From assembly GCA_019358935.1 (NCBI GenBank), contig JAHHIK010000137.1, positions 1 to 19,258 on the forward strand: a DNA stretch of 19,258 nt. Direction: 5' to 3'. Below are positions 1 through 9,132 of the stretch, piece after piece. Below the pieces are notes generated by a model. It ran no database searches. It worked only from the letters and a program-made list of their open reading frames with translations, and had not been told where the DNA came from. The position numbers were made by a program, and so were the translations under genes. Each line of letters opens with the position of its first letter. Within the stretch, counting starts at the first letter, position 1. Source of the stretch: Tolypothrix carrinoi HA7290-LM1 (GTDB lineage Bacteria > Cyanobacteriota > Cyanobacteriia > Cyanobacteriales > Nostocaceae).

Positions 1-412
1 CTAGCCAACCTCGAAACCGAGGAAGCGTAAGCACTAGGAAAGAACGCTTTCACTTACACCGTGGAGTGAGGTATGGACAAATTATCTAGCTAGTGGTAGT
101 TCTGTCCACACATTTAGAAGCGGTTAGCCAGAGCGATCGTCTAATATAATTTATACTCTAGGAAGGTTTGATAGCTTCATGTAGCTGAGATTTATTTACA
201 AAGCGCACTCGTATATTTGTTGCTTTAGCAATAGCTGAAATCTACGAGTTGCAATTTGCCCTAGCGTCGATCGCCTTAAACAAGGTACTAACCTGAATCC
301 GTGGAAACTTCTACAGAGGATTACGCTTAGAGACAAAAAAATATATTTATGTACTTAAAGATACTCGACTACACTGAAACAAATCAACTCAAATCTTTGT
401 CATCAAGTTTTA

Positions 413-444
413 TCCGGAAAAGTTTAAAGTTAATTAGTAACACT
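413..444 (+). promoter_or_regulatory. Candidate DIF1-type (TCCGGA) heterocyst-differentiation promoter upstream of the wzc gene
   Basis: Perfect TCCGGA at 413-418, followed after 18 nt by GTAACACT (437-444), in the ~845-bp non-coding region before the ORF at 875. TCCGGA near -35 is the known DIF1 motif of Nostoc heterocyst-specific promoters. A 6-mer can occur by chance. Confidence 0.4.
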
Positions 445-874
445 AAACAAATTAGTCCAACCTGCAACACTTGGATTTAAATACCAAACGTGTTAACTTG
501 ATTGGAACCTAATTAGCCTACATTGCAGAGTAAGTTGACTGTATAAAAAGTATACACTGCTTTGACTGACGATCTATAATGAACCAACCAATTTATCCTG
601 CGTAATGTTACTGTAGTTGTAGTGCATCGCTCCGTTAGGAGATCAAATCGAAAATACTGTCTTCCAGGGTAATAAGCCTATCAGGTGGGTCAAGAGCAAT
701 ACTCAAGTTCTGCTTGAGATTCTTTGGACTATGAGATTAGTCAGTTTATTCAGTAATTAACCGGGGTGTGCCGAAAGCCAAGGCAGCGTAAGACGAAGTT
801 CAACTACGTATGTCTCATTCAAATTAACACATCGTATTCCGAAATTACTGTTAGTAATTTAATTTACCATAGCC

Positions 875-3091
875 ATGCTAAAGTCAGAAAAATATCCTCA
901 CCCTTTGTCACAAGCGAACACGGCACAGTTAAATGATGTTGATGAAGGTGGATTAAATCTGGGTCAAGTTGGATCTGCTTTGCGTCGGAGAGCATTGTTA
1001 ATTGCTGGTGTAACAGGCGTAGTAGCAACGGCGGCGGTGTTGAAAGCAGAACAAGACCCTCCGGTGTATCAAAGTGAGTTTGAGATTTTAACCAAGTCTT
1101 TAAGTGCCGAGAATAAGGCTCTAGCCGATGTTCCTCAAACTCTCGGTTCCCAACAAGTAGCAGCTCCTGAGTCTACAAAAGAAGTTCAGACCACGATCGC
1201 AGTTTTACAAAGTCATAGAGTTTTAGACCCTGTTGTCGAAAAGCTTCAAGCTAAACATCCTGACTTGACTTACGAGGTACTTGTTGGGAGTTTAGCGATC
1301 GCACCCGAAAAACTAAATATCTTAAAAGTCCAATATATTCATCCTGACGAGAAGGTAGTTAGTGAGGTTTCCAAAGCACTTGCTGATGCTTATTTGCAGT
1401 ATAGTTTGGCAGAGCGTCAGGCAGAGGTAGCTCAGGCAATTAAGTTCGTTCAGCAAGAAAAACAGCCCTTAGACCACCGGGTTAATTTGTGGCAAAACAA
1501 ACTGCGAAAGCTGCGACTGGAGAATAAGTTAATTGAACCAGCACAGAAAGCTGGAGAGGTATCTGGACATATTGCGACTTTGACGCAACAGCGACTCGAT
1601 AATCGAGTGCAGCTAGAGCAAATGGTCGCCAAGTATCAAGGCTTACAAACAGAGTTAGCCCAACAACCAGGTGCTGAGGCTAGTAATTCATTGTTGAGTG
1701 ATAATCCTCGTTATCAAAAGCTACTGGATCAGATTCAGGGATTGGATGGTGACATAGCCAAAAGGTCAGCTGTCTTTACAGACCAAGAAGAGGGCATGAA
1801 GCGTCTTAATGAACAGAAAGCAACGATACTCTCTTTGTTGCAACAGGAAAGGCAGCGGGTTAATCGAGACTTTCAAAGCCGCATTCGCGAACTAGAAGCC
1901 AGAGATCGAGCATTGGATGCAAAAATAAATAGTCTAAATAATTACGTTAAGGAATTGGCAACTGTTAGCCGTAATTACGATAACATTCAGCGGGAATTAC
2001 AAATTGTCACTCAAGGTTTGACTCAATTTACAACCAAAGAACAAGCGTTGCAGCTCGAGAAAGCCCAAAAGCAACAACCTTGGCAGTTACTCGATCCTAA
2101 ACTGACTAAAGTGAGCGAACCTGATGCTATTTCAGAAAGTGCTAAGAAAAACTTAGCATTGGGGGCGATGTTAGGCTTACTGTTGGGTGTAGGGGCAGCT
2201 TTAGTTGTAGATAAACTCAGCAATGTCTTTTATACTTCTAAGGAACTTAAAGAAGCTACTAGACTACCTCTGTTAGGTGTAGTTCCGTTAAGAAAAGAAT
2301 TAGCGGCATTGGCGAAGCCAGAAAATGTAGCTAAAGGAGCGCAACCAGTAAGTAGCATTTCCTTTTTTGAAGTGTTTCGCTCTCTCTACACAAATATTCT
2401 TCTTTTGGGTTCGGATACGCCAATTCGCTCTCTTGTAATCAGTTCGGCAGGACAAGGAGACGGTAAATCTACTGTTGCTATACAGTTAGCGCAGGCAGCA
2501 GCAGCGATGGGGCAACGAGTATTATTAGTAGATGCGAATCTACGTTGTCCGACTTTGCACAATCGAGTCGGACTGATGAATATTCAGGGATTGACCGATG
2601 TAATTTCCCAAGACCTAGAGTGGAGTAATGTAATTGAGCGATCGCCTTTAGAAGAAAATCTCTTTGTCATGAGTGCAGGTCCGATTCCACCAGACTCGGT
2701 AAGGTTACTCGCTTCTCAAAAAATGCAAGATTTAATGGACGATCTGCAAGCCAGTTTCGATTTGGTAATCTATGACACACCGCCACTTTTGGGCTTTGCA
2801 GATGCTTATTTACTAGCGGCTAATACCAACGGTATGGTGCTAGTTGCTGGTTTGGGTAAGCTCAAACGTACTGTACTCCAACAAGCATTAGAAGAAATTC
2901 AAGTTTCTGGCACTCCCATTTTAGGGTTAATCGCCAATAAATCTAAAGATTCCACACCATCGTCTTATAGCCACTATCAGCAGTATTACAGACAGAGCAT
3001 GAGTGCTGAACGAGTTGGTGACGATACAGATGACACCACCGCTAATTCCGGGTCAAAGTCTACTTCAATCACAAATATTAAACGACGTTAA
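875..3091 (+). CDS. Wzc/GumC-family polysaccharide co-polymerase with C-terminal BY-kinase domain
   Basis: 738 aa. N-terminal TM (RRRALLIAGVTGVVATAAV), long coiled-coil region, second TM (LALGAMLGLLLGVGAALV), Walker A (GQGDGKST), A' (VLLVDANLR), B (LVIYDTPP) and a C-terminal Tyr cluster (SYSHYQQYY). Confidence 0.93.
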   Translation: MLKSEKYPHPLSQANTAQLNDVDEGGLNLGQVGSALRRRALLIAGVTGVVATAAVLKAEQDPPVYQSEFEILTKSLSAENKALADVPQTLGSQQVAAPESTKEVQTTIAVLQSHRVLDPVVEKLQAKHPDLTYEVLVGSLAIAPEKLNILKVQYIHPDEKVVSEVSKALADAYLQYSLAERQAEVAQAIKFVQQEKQPLDHRVNLWQNKLRKLRLENKLIEPAQKAGEVSGHIATLTQQRLDNRVQLEQMVAKYQGLQTELAQQPGAEASNSLLSDNPRYQKLLDQIQGLDGDIAKRSAVFTDQEEGMKRLNEQKATILSLLQQERQRVNRDFQSRIRELEARDRALDAKINSLNNYVKELATVSRNYDNIQRELQIVTQGLTQFTTKEQALQLEKAQKQQPWQLLDPKLTKVSEPDAISESAKKNLALGAMLGLLLGVGAALVVDKLSNVFYTSKELKEATRLPLLGVVPLRKELAALAKPENVAKGAQPVSSISFFEVFRSLYTNILLLGSDTPIRSLVISSAGQGDGKSTVAIQLAQAAAAMGQRVLLVDANLRCPTLHNRVGLMNIQGLTDVISQDLEWSNVIERSPLEENLFVMSAGPIPPDSVRLLASQKMQDLMDDLQASFDLVIYDTPPLLGFADAYLLAANTNGMVLVAGLGKLKRTVLQQALEEIQVSGTPILGLIANKSKDSTPSSYSHYQQYYRQSMSAERVGDDTDDTTANSGSKSTSITNIKRR

Positions 3092-3206
3092 AATGGGCAA
3101 TGGGCAATGGGCAATGGGCATTGAGAATTGAGAATTGAGAATTGAAAATTGGGAATAAAGGCAAATTCTTTCCTATGCCCCATGCCCCATGCCCCATGCC
3201 CCATGC
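3092..3206. repeat. STRR-type 7-bp tandem repeat arrays between convergent genes
   Basis: (AATGGGC)x4 at 3092-3119, (ATTGAGA)x3 plus 2 degenerate copies at 3120-3154, and (ATGCCCC)x4.5 at 3175-3206. The outer arrays are roughly complementary to each other. Confidence 0.92.
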
Positions 3207-3207
3207 T

Positions 3208-3687
3208 TTATTTTTCCGGCGATTTGAGAGCTTGATCGAGAACTTGCCTTGCTTGTTCTGCTTTAGTTCGCGCTTCTTGATAACGCATATTAGCTTGGGC
3301 AAAATTTTTGAGAACTTTAAAACCTTCTTTGAGTCGGGTAATTTCTTCTTCAGTCACTGACTGATCGCTAAAGAGGACATCAACTGCTTTGCGAATTTCC
3401 AATGCTTCAGCGCGAGAATCTTGAACTTTGAGCTTGAGTGTAGCAAGATTGCTCAAAACTTGGACAGCTTGTGTAATTGCATCCTCACCACTACCAGTGT
3501 CAATTGATGCTTCTTTCACCTCAATTAATTGTTGAGCACCAAACCCCTCTTCTAACTCGGTGGGTAGGTTGCCTGCTTCCATTAATTCCATCAGCTGATC
3601 CATCGCTTTCTCACGGGCTTTAGCTGAATCTTTACCCGGAACAGTGAGAATGATTTCTGGGCTTTGAGCAAGAGTGTACTGAACCAT
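3208..3687 (-). CDS. Conserved cyanobacterial hypothetical protein (helical/coiled-coil)
   Basis: Open frame of 159 aa from the ATG at 3687 (MVQYTLAQSPEIILTVPGKDS...), with protein-like composition. It is divergent from the ORF at 3903 and ends at the STRR array. Confidence 0.8.
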   Translation of the reverse strand: MVQYTLAQSPEIILTVPGKDSAKAREKAMDQLMELMEAGNLPTELEEGFGAQQLIEVKEASIDTGSGEDAITQAVQVLSNLATLKLKVQDSRAEALEIRKAVDVLFSDQSVTEEEITRLKEGFKVLKNFAQANMRYQEARTKAEQARQVLDQALKSPEK

Positions 3688-3902
3688 ATCTAAGCAAAAA
3701 AGTTGCTGGTTAACCAAGCCGAGGGAAACTATTTTAACATGAAGTGAGTAACAACAAGTTATTTCTAAATTTTAAAAAATAATTTTGAATTTTACATTTT
3801 GCGCTTCAGTTGAGCAGTTGCTTTGCAGGGTTTACCAAAGCTACAAAAATAAAACTTTATACTAAATAAAGGGAGAATAAATTTTCATAGGAGGGAAGAG
3901 CA

Positions 3903-5177
3903 ATGGCTCCCAATCCCACCATTATGCAGGCTGTGGAACAATTGGGCTATCGTGTCACCGTTGGTGATGTGGCAACTCAGGCAGGATTGAATGTTGCGGA
4001 GGCGAATCAGGGCTTATTAGCTCTTGCAACTGATGCAGGCGCACATTTGCAAGTAGCGGAAACAGGTGATATTGTTTACCTGTTTCCAAAAAACTTTCGA
4101 GTAATTTTACGTAATAAATATTTGCAGTTGCGATTGCAGGAATGGTGGAAAAAGGTCTGGTCGATTCTATTTTACCTAATTCGCATTTCCTTTGGAATTT
4201 TATTAATTGCTTCGATCGCCTTGATGACGATCGCCATTATCATCATTATTACTGCGATCAACTCAGATCGCGACAGCGGCTCTGGAGGTAATTCTAGCAA
4301 TCATAGCGACGGTTGGGGCTTTTTCTATTTTCCCGATTTATTCTGGTATTTTAGCCCAGATTATCGCACTCACTACCAAGAACGGCGGCGAGCGAAAAGC
4401 GATCTCAATTTCTTTGAAGCTGTCTTTTCATTTTTGTTTGGTGATGGCAATCCTAACACCAAATTAGAAGAACGCCGCTGGCGAGAAATTACAAGTGTAA
4501 TTCGCAACAACCGTGGTGCAGTGGTAGCTGAACAAATTTCTCCTTATCTAGATAATATCGGTGAGAAATATCAACAAGAATACGAAGACTATATGTTGCC
4601 TGTTCTCACTCGCTTTAATGGGCAACCGGCGGTAAGTCCCCAAGGAGAGATTGTCTATTACTTCCCTGAGTTACAGGTGAGTGCTGCGAAAAAACGTCCT
4701 CAGTCAGCGTCGGTGTACCTGGAGGAATTTCTTTTCAGGTTTAGTGCGGCAAGTTCCGGACAAATCCTGCTTTCGGCTGGGTTGGGTGCAGTTAATTTGG
4801 TTGGTGCTTTGGTGTTGGGAAGTTTGTTGCGAGGTGGTATTGTCGCTGCAAAACTGGGTGGACTTGTCGCTTTTGTCCAAGGAATTTATTGGTTGCTGTT
4901 GGCTTACGGAATCGGTTTCTTAGGGATACCGCTAGTGCGTTATTTTTGGATTCAATGGCGCAATAGTAAAATTGTCGCACGTAATCGCGATCGCCTTGAG
5001 CGTGCCAGACTATTAGCAAGCGAGAAAGATGCATCTTTGCAAGATAAAATCGACTACGCTCATCAGTTTGCGGCTGAAAAAGTTATTGGACATGAAGATT
5101 TAGCATACACCACAGAAACTGACTTATTAGAACAAGAGGACGCTGAATGGCAACGGCGTCTTGAGGGGGGGGGTTAG
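3903..5177 (+). CDS. Conserved cyanobacterial membrane protein (resembles plant chloroplast At5g03900-like family)
   Basis: 424 aa with RBS GGAGGG upstream. Motifs RVTVGDVA, FLFGDGNPN and YMLPVLTRFNGQP, plus about 3 hydrophobic segments. Family recognised from memory. Confidence 0.8.
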   Translation: MAPNPTIMQAVEQLGYRVTVGDVATQAGLNVAEANQGLLALATDAGAHLQVAETGDIVYLFPKNFRVILRNKYLQLRLQEWWKKVWSILFYLIRISFGILLIASIALMTIAIIIIITAINSDRDSGSGGNSSNHSDGWGFFYFPDLFWYFSPDYRTHYQERRRAKSDLNFFEAVFSFLFGDGNPNTKLEERRWREITSVIRNNRGAVVAEQISPYLDNIGEKYQQEYEDYMLPVLTRFNGQPAVSPQGEIVYYFPELQVSAAKKRPQSASVYLEEFLFRFSAASSGQILLSAGLGAVNLVGALVLGSLLRGGIVAAKLGGLVAFVQGIYWLLLAYGIGFLGIPLVRYFWIQWRNSKIVARNRDRLERARLLASEKDASLQDKIDYAHQFAAEKVIGHEDLAYTTETDLLEQEDAEWQRRLEGGG

Positions 5178-5246
5178 GAGTTAAGAGTTAGTAGTTAGTA
5201 GGAGCAAAGTTAGGAGGAGCAAAGTTAGGAAAAGCGGAGTTAGGAG
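5175..5246. repeat. Degenerate TAGGAGT-type 7-bp repeat array (left part, split by IS insertion)
   Basis: Units such as TAGGAGT, TAAGAGT, TAGTAGT and GTTAGGA. The same array continues at 7400. Confidence 0.8.
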
Positions 5247-5496
5247 GGGAGCAATGCGATTTTGTGGGACAAACCCCAACTGGGCACGCTCGCCCCGCTC
5301 ACCAAATATCTACTTAGTTAAAGTTATTACACATTTATTAATTTTTGACACTAAAATTTATCTTTTTGTTGTCCTCAAAAAGCTTGCTCTTAAATAATTT
5401 AATACTCATTCAAATCAATTGTATACGCGAACAACACCATACAAGGGTGAGAATTATGACCATGAACATATCAGAAACCCTTGATTGGTATAAAAT

Positions 5497-6204
5497 CTAC
5501 CAGGCGATTTTAGGATTGATGAAAGACGTTAAAATGGAGTTGCAAAAATTATTCCAACTACCAGCCATCCATTGGCAGCGGAGATATAACATAATTTCTG
5601 CATGATTTTTTAACCAAAACTTGCTTGGGCTTTTAATTCTTAAATTCACGACTTGTCGAATTAAACTTTCAATAGCTCCGCTACCAATTGGTAACTTTTT
5701 ATCTAACACTTTAGCGTAATCTAAACGTTTTTCACGGTAAGCACGTAAAAGGTACTCCCTTTGTGAAATCATAGTTCTACGACGCTCTCCAGTAGCTTGG
5801 GCAATCAATTCATCCATTTGTTTTATCAAGGCGAGAGCATTACCTTTTTTTAAAGTGAGTCGTGCTTTTTTAAACCATAATTTCCGCGAGTTTTCTTCAC
5901 GAAATGCAGCATCAGCAAAAATCTGCAAATGTTCTGTGACGTGATAAAAATCAAACAATTGATAAGTTTCAGATGGGCATCCTAAACGTGATAAAATTGG
6001 GGGGATGTGTATCCATATCCATTCAGCACCATCAGCAATCAATAATACTTGTTTTGCCTGATTAATCCCTAAATTAATTAGGTGCATTTCCCAAATCTGC
6101 AAGAAAGATTTATAACCATCATATGTACCATCATTCGTAATCGGGATATCCGATGTCTTAACTTTTTTACCTTGTTCATCAACAACATAAATTGTTAGTA
6201 ACTT
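5497..6204 (-). pseudogene. ISLre2/ISKra4-like DDE transposase, 5'-truncated (C-terminal ~235 aa only)
   Basis: Motifs KLLTIYVVDEQG, IADGAEWIW (second Asp), DFYH (DxxH of the Mutator/IS256 superfamily) and PIGSGAIES (catalytic Glu). The N-terminus and first catalytic Asp are absent, replaced by unrelated sequence beyond ~6205. Confidence 0.88.
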
Positions 6205-6499
6205 TAAGAGCGTCAGGTGGAATCTTATTTGTACTATAAGCAAAACCATTCTTGCCATAGAGAATTACATATCCTCCATTAGGAGTGAAGGCAATAGTTT
6301 TAGGAGTTAGACCTCGCTCATTTATCCTCTTAAGGTCGTCAACTGCCTCTTTTTGAATATCTGCTGTGTAAGTAACATCAGCCCTAGCCGGAACAGCAGT
6401 TAAGACGATAGGACATAAAGTCAAGATTGTTATTGATGCGCCAACAAAAAAGTTATTGCCTGCTTTCACAATCTGCCGTGCTAAAAAATTATTAGACAT
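6179..6499 (-). pseudogene. 5' fragment of a secreted protein (signal peptide), truncated by fusion to the transposase fragment
   Basis: ATG with GAGAG upstream, a signal-peptide-like region ending ...TAVPARA-DV, and a mature part IAFTPNGGYVILYGKNGFAY. The frame runs into transposase sequence at ~6205 and stops at 6179. Confidence 0.6.
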
Positions 6500-6714
6500 A
6501 TTACTCTCATGATAAATAAATACAAAAATTTATACCGCCTATTTTCTCAGTAAGAGATATTATATAGTGCAGGCACCCTTCTTCGTTTATTGGCGGCTAT
6601 ACTAACGCGCATCAGTACATAAGAACGTGCGGTTTATGTAAAGTGAGGTTAGATTGGTTGGGCAATCAATTTGTGTAAAGCGCGCCCTGTCAAGTTATAA
6701 GCGCCGTCTCGATT

Positions 6715-7026
6715 ATGAAGCACATTATATCTATCGGTATCAATCAGTTTATTGAAATTGAGTACACTCCTGGTGGTAGCGGTTTCATCACCTCTACAGG
6801 ACTTAAAGGTGATGACCCATCTGCGGTATCAGAAGGAACAGCAGAAGCACTCGCTGCATATAATGGCGTCATTGATGGTTTAGAATCGTTAATCCTTGCT
6901 CGGGCTTGCGAAGGTATTGATATTACTACTAGGGGGCCCCTTCGAGGGCTTTTTGTTTTTTCGTGGTCACAAAAAAAGGTAGAATTCCCTTTTAGCAATA
7001 GTTTTGAGACAGGGAATTTTAGCTAA
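6715..7026 (+). CDS. Small hypothetical protein, likely mobile-element-derived and probably 3'-truncated near 6930
   Basis: Protein-like N-terminal ~72 aa (AYNGVIDGLESLILARACEGIDI). The remaining codons read through a terminator hairpin and T-run. Confidence 0.45.
   Translation: MKHIISIGINQFIEIEYTPGGSGFITSTGLKGDDPSAVSEGTAEALAAYNGVIDGLESLILARACEGIDITTRGPLRGLFVFSWSQKKVEFPFSNSFETGNFS
6936..6961 (+). terminator. Rho-independent terminator-like hairpin
   Basis: GCCC-CTTCGA-GGGC followed by TTTTTGTTTTTT. The stem is short. Confidence 0.55.
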
Positions 7027-7399
7027 AATAAAATTTTGCTGGAGGTATTGCACAGCAATACTTCTAGGCTCCGTGTAGCGGCCCGTATCAGCATGTCGGC
7101 TACTTTTCCCCCTCGAAAGACTAATTTCTTCATTAGAATGATAATCGCATTTATCCCAGAGACTGGAAGGCTTGCTAATAATACTCTCTCCCGTATGTCT
7201 GATTATCATTAATAATAAATGCTCGGATGATAAGCATAGCACTCAATTTTAAGTTACCTGTAATCAGTGCTTTTAGTCAGACATTCTTGTTTCTACGTGA
7301 TAATACTAAGTAATATGTCATAAATAATTTTTTTTATTGAGGTCAATATTTAGTGAGCGCGCCTAGTTGTGGTCTATCCCACAAAATCGCATTGCTCCC

Positions 7400-7538
7400 A
7401 GTTAGGAGTTAGTAGTTAGTAGGAGCGGAGTTAGGAAAAGTGGAGTTAGGAGTTAGTTGACGGTTAACACTCAACAGTCAACAGTTATCAACTATCCAAA
7501 TTCCACTATCCAAATTCCACTATCCACGCTCCTCCTAA
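7400..7538. repeat. STRR-type repeat array (right part)
   Basis: TAGGAGT/TAGTAGT units, then TCAACAG x2 and ACTATCCAAATTCC x2, directly downstream of the SpoIID-family stop codon. Confidence 0.8.
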
Positions 7539-8684
7539 CTACTTTACTCGAATCGGGGTAAGGGCTACGCCTTGGTAATAATGCCCCAAAATTTGTAGGT
7601 GGTTGACTCCTCGTCGAGCTAAATTATACGCTCCCCATTGACTCATACCTAAACCATGACCGTAGCCGAGTCCTTGAAGGACAAAGCTACCATCTGTTTG
7701 TTTGCTGACGTTAAAACGAGTACTTTTCAGCTTTAGTGCCGTACGCACTTGTTCGCCTTGTAATACTTTAGTACCTTTGTCACCGACAATTTTCAAGGTT
7801 TTAACGCTGCGGAAAGGGGAAAACGCTTGTGGAAGCATATCTTTGACATTGCCTACACCAGGAATCATGGCGCCAAGTTGTGCGCTTGAGAAGGTTTTTA
7901 CCCAATTGCATTCGCTAATATTTTGGTCGAAGTCTTGAACTGCCCGCAGGTAAGGCAGGGTGTTTCCCCAAACATCTTCAACGTTTTCGGTGTGTCCGCC
8001 AGAACAAGCGTGAAAAACTGAAAGAATAATTTGATTTCTATAAGTTAGTACAAGTCCTGCTGTGGCATCTACTGCTTTATAAGTGCCACCGGATTCACTA
8101 ATTACGCCTTTGTAAATTTGCCAGCGGTCGGGGGTATCGCCGACATCGTAAATGGGATTGCTGCGTTGTTTTTCGCGTTCGTAGAGGGCATAGGTACGAG
8201 CGGCGATCGCCTGTGCTTGTAGCGCTTCTTGGGGCCATCTGGCATCCATTTCGCCACCGAGGACGCTGTAGAGATATTCTTCGATATCAACCCAGTTAAC
8301 AGCGGTTAAACCTTTGTCTGTGGGGACAACCAGAGTTCTGCCTCGAAACCAGCGATCGCCTATATAAACGAATCCCTTACCTGTTGGCTCAATCCAAAAT
8401 AAACCAGATCGCCATCTATCCAAAGCAACTCCCCCAGGAATCGCTTGGGCATAATAAGAACTCATAGACGGTAATTGTCCCAATGTGCGACCAGAACCAT
8501 CTTTAACGATCGCAGTTGTGGAACTGCCGACTTTTACCTGATTAACGCCTCTTTCAATTGCTACGCGCAATATTACAGATGCTTGAGCTGGCGCAACCAA
8601 AACAATCCAAAAAAGAATGCCTATCCACCAATAACGGACTTTTATCTGGGAAAATAAAGAGCCATCGAACAGTTGTAATTTCAT
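7539..8684 (-). CDS. SpoIID/LytB domain protein (peptidoglycan lytic transglycosylase-like)
   Basis: N-terminal signal/TM, VNWVDIEEYLYSVLGGEM, EALQAQAIAARTYA, FHACSGGHTEN and C-terminal GYGHGLGMSQWGA...ILGHYYQG. The start could be 8684, 8693 or 8696. Confidence 0.93.
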   Translation of the reverse strand: MKLQLFDGSLFSQIKVRYWWIGILFWIVLVAPAQASVILRVAIERGVNQVKVGSSTTAIVKDGSGRTLGQLPSMSSYYAQAIPGGVALDRWRSGLFWIEPTGKGFVYIGDRWFRGRTLVVPTDKGLTAVNWVDIEEYLYSVLGGEMDARWPQEALQAQAIAARTYALYEREKQRSNPIYDVGDTPDRWQIYKGVISESGGTYKAVDATAGLVLTYRNQIILSVFHACSGGHTENVEDVWGNTLPYLRAVQDFDQNISECNWVKTFSSAQLGAMIPGVGNVKDMLPQAFSPFRSVKTLKIVGDKGTKVLQGEQVRTALKLKSTRFNVSKQTDGSFVLQGLGYGHGLGMSQWGAYNLARRGVNHLQILGHYYQGVALTPIRVK

Positions 8685-8975
8685 GCAGTTCATCAATTTA
8701 CACTTAGAGGGTGTTTACAGCTGTGCTTTACAGTAGTTTCCCGGAGATTGCATTTCCACCTCACTAAATATAGATGAACAGAAGAGGACTTGCAACGTTA
8801 TTAATGTGGTGTTTTGGGGCAGCATGTCATAACAAATACTGTTTATATGTAAAAATTACTGACAAAACATGACGCATGATTTAGCTTGGTAGAACGCGCT
8901 AAAGTTAAAAAGTATGTTATGTCAATTCCCCACTCATAGCGAATGCGCGAATTAATTATACCTACATAGCTGAAT

Positions 8976-9079
8976 CAGGACTTACGCAAAGAAACCCGGT
9001 TTCTATGAAAAATCGTTGGTTTTACAACTAAATTTCCACGAATCAACCGGGTTTCTGGCTGTTGCGTGCGTAAGTTCTG
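8976..9079. repeat. Nested palindromic small dispersed repeat (MITE-like)
   Basis: Outer inverted repeat CAGGACTTACGCA (8976-8988) / TGCGTAAGTTCTG (9067-9079). Inner AGAAACCCGGTT (8990-9001) / AACCGGGTTTCT (9045-9056). The same outer ends recur at 18284-18374. Confidence 0.8.
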
Positions 9080-9132
9080 TTCATGAATTACCGCTACGGT
9101 ATAATGTAGCACAATTATTTTTGCGCTCATTC

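Larger units (their letters stand above)
5247..7399 (-). mobile_element. Non-autonomous IS256-superfamily (ISLre2/ISKra4-like) element with passenger DNA, 2153 bp
   Basis: TIRs at 5247-5291 and 7355-7399 begin GGGAGCAATGCGATTTTGTGGGA (first 23 bp identical, 40/45 overall). They are flanked by the 9-bp direct repeat AGTTAGGAG (5238-5246 and 7400-7408). A transposase fragment lies inside. Confidence 0.92.

Noticed and set aside
1..30. Possible 3' end of an upstream CDS (LANLETEEA*)
   Set aside because: Only 9 codons are visible, so it cannot be supported from this window.
540..556. NtcA binding site
   Set aside because: The spacing is GTA-N9-TAC, not the canonical GTA-N8-TAC.
3078..3360. Short ORFs 3078-3302 (-) and 3142-3360 (+)
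   Set aside because: They are translations of STRR repeats (MGHGAWG, PMPHAPC) and overlap a real gene.
5345..5605. ORF 5345-5605 (+) and ORF 6967-7242 (-)
   Set aside because: The first is antisense to the transposase and IS end, and the second runs across hairpin-rich non-coding cargo. Neither has recognisable motifs.
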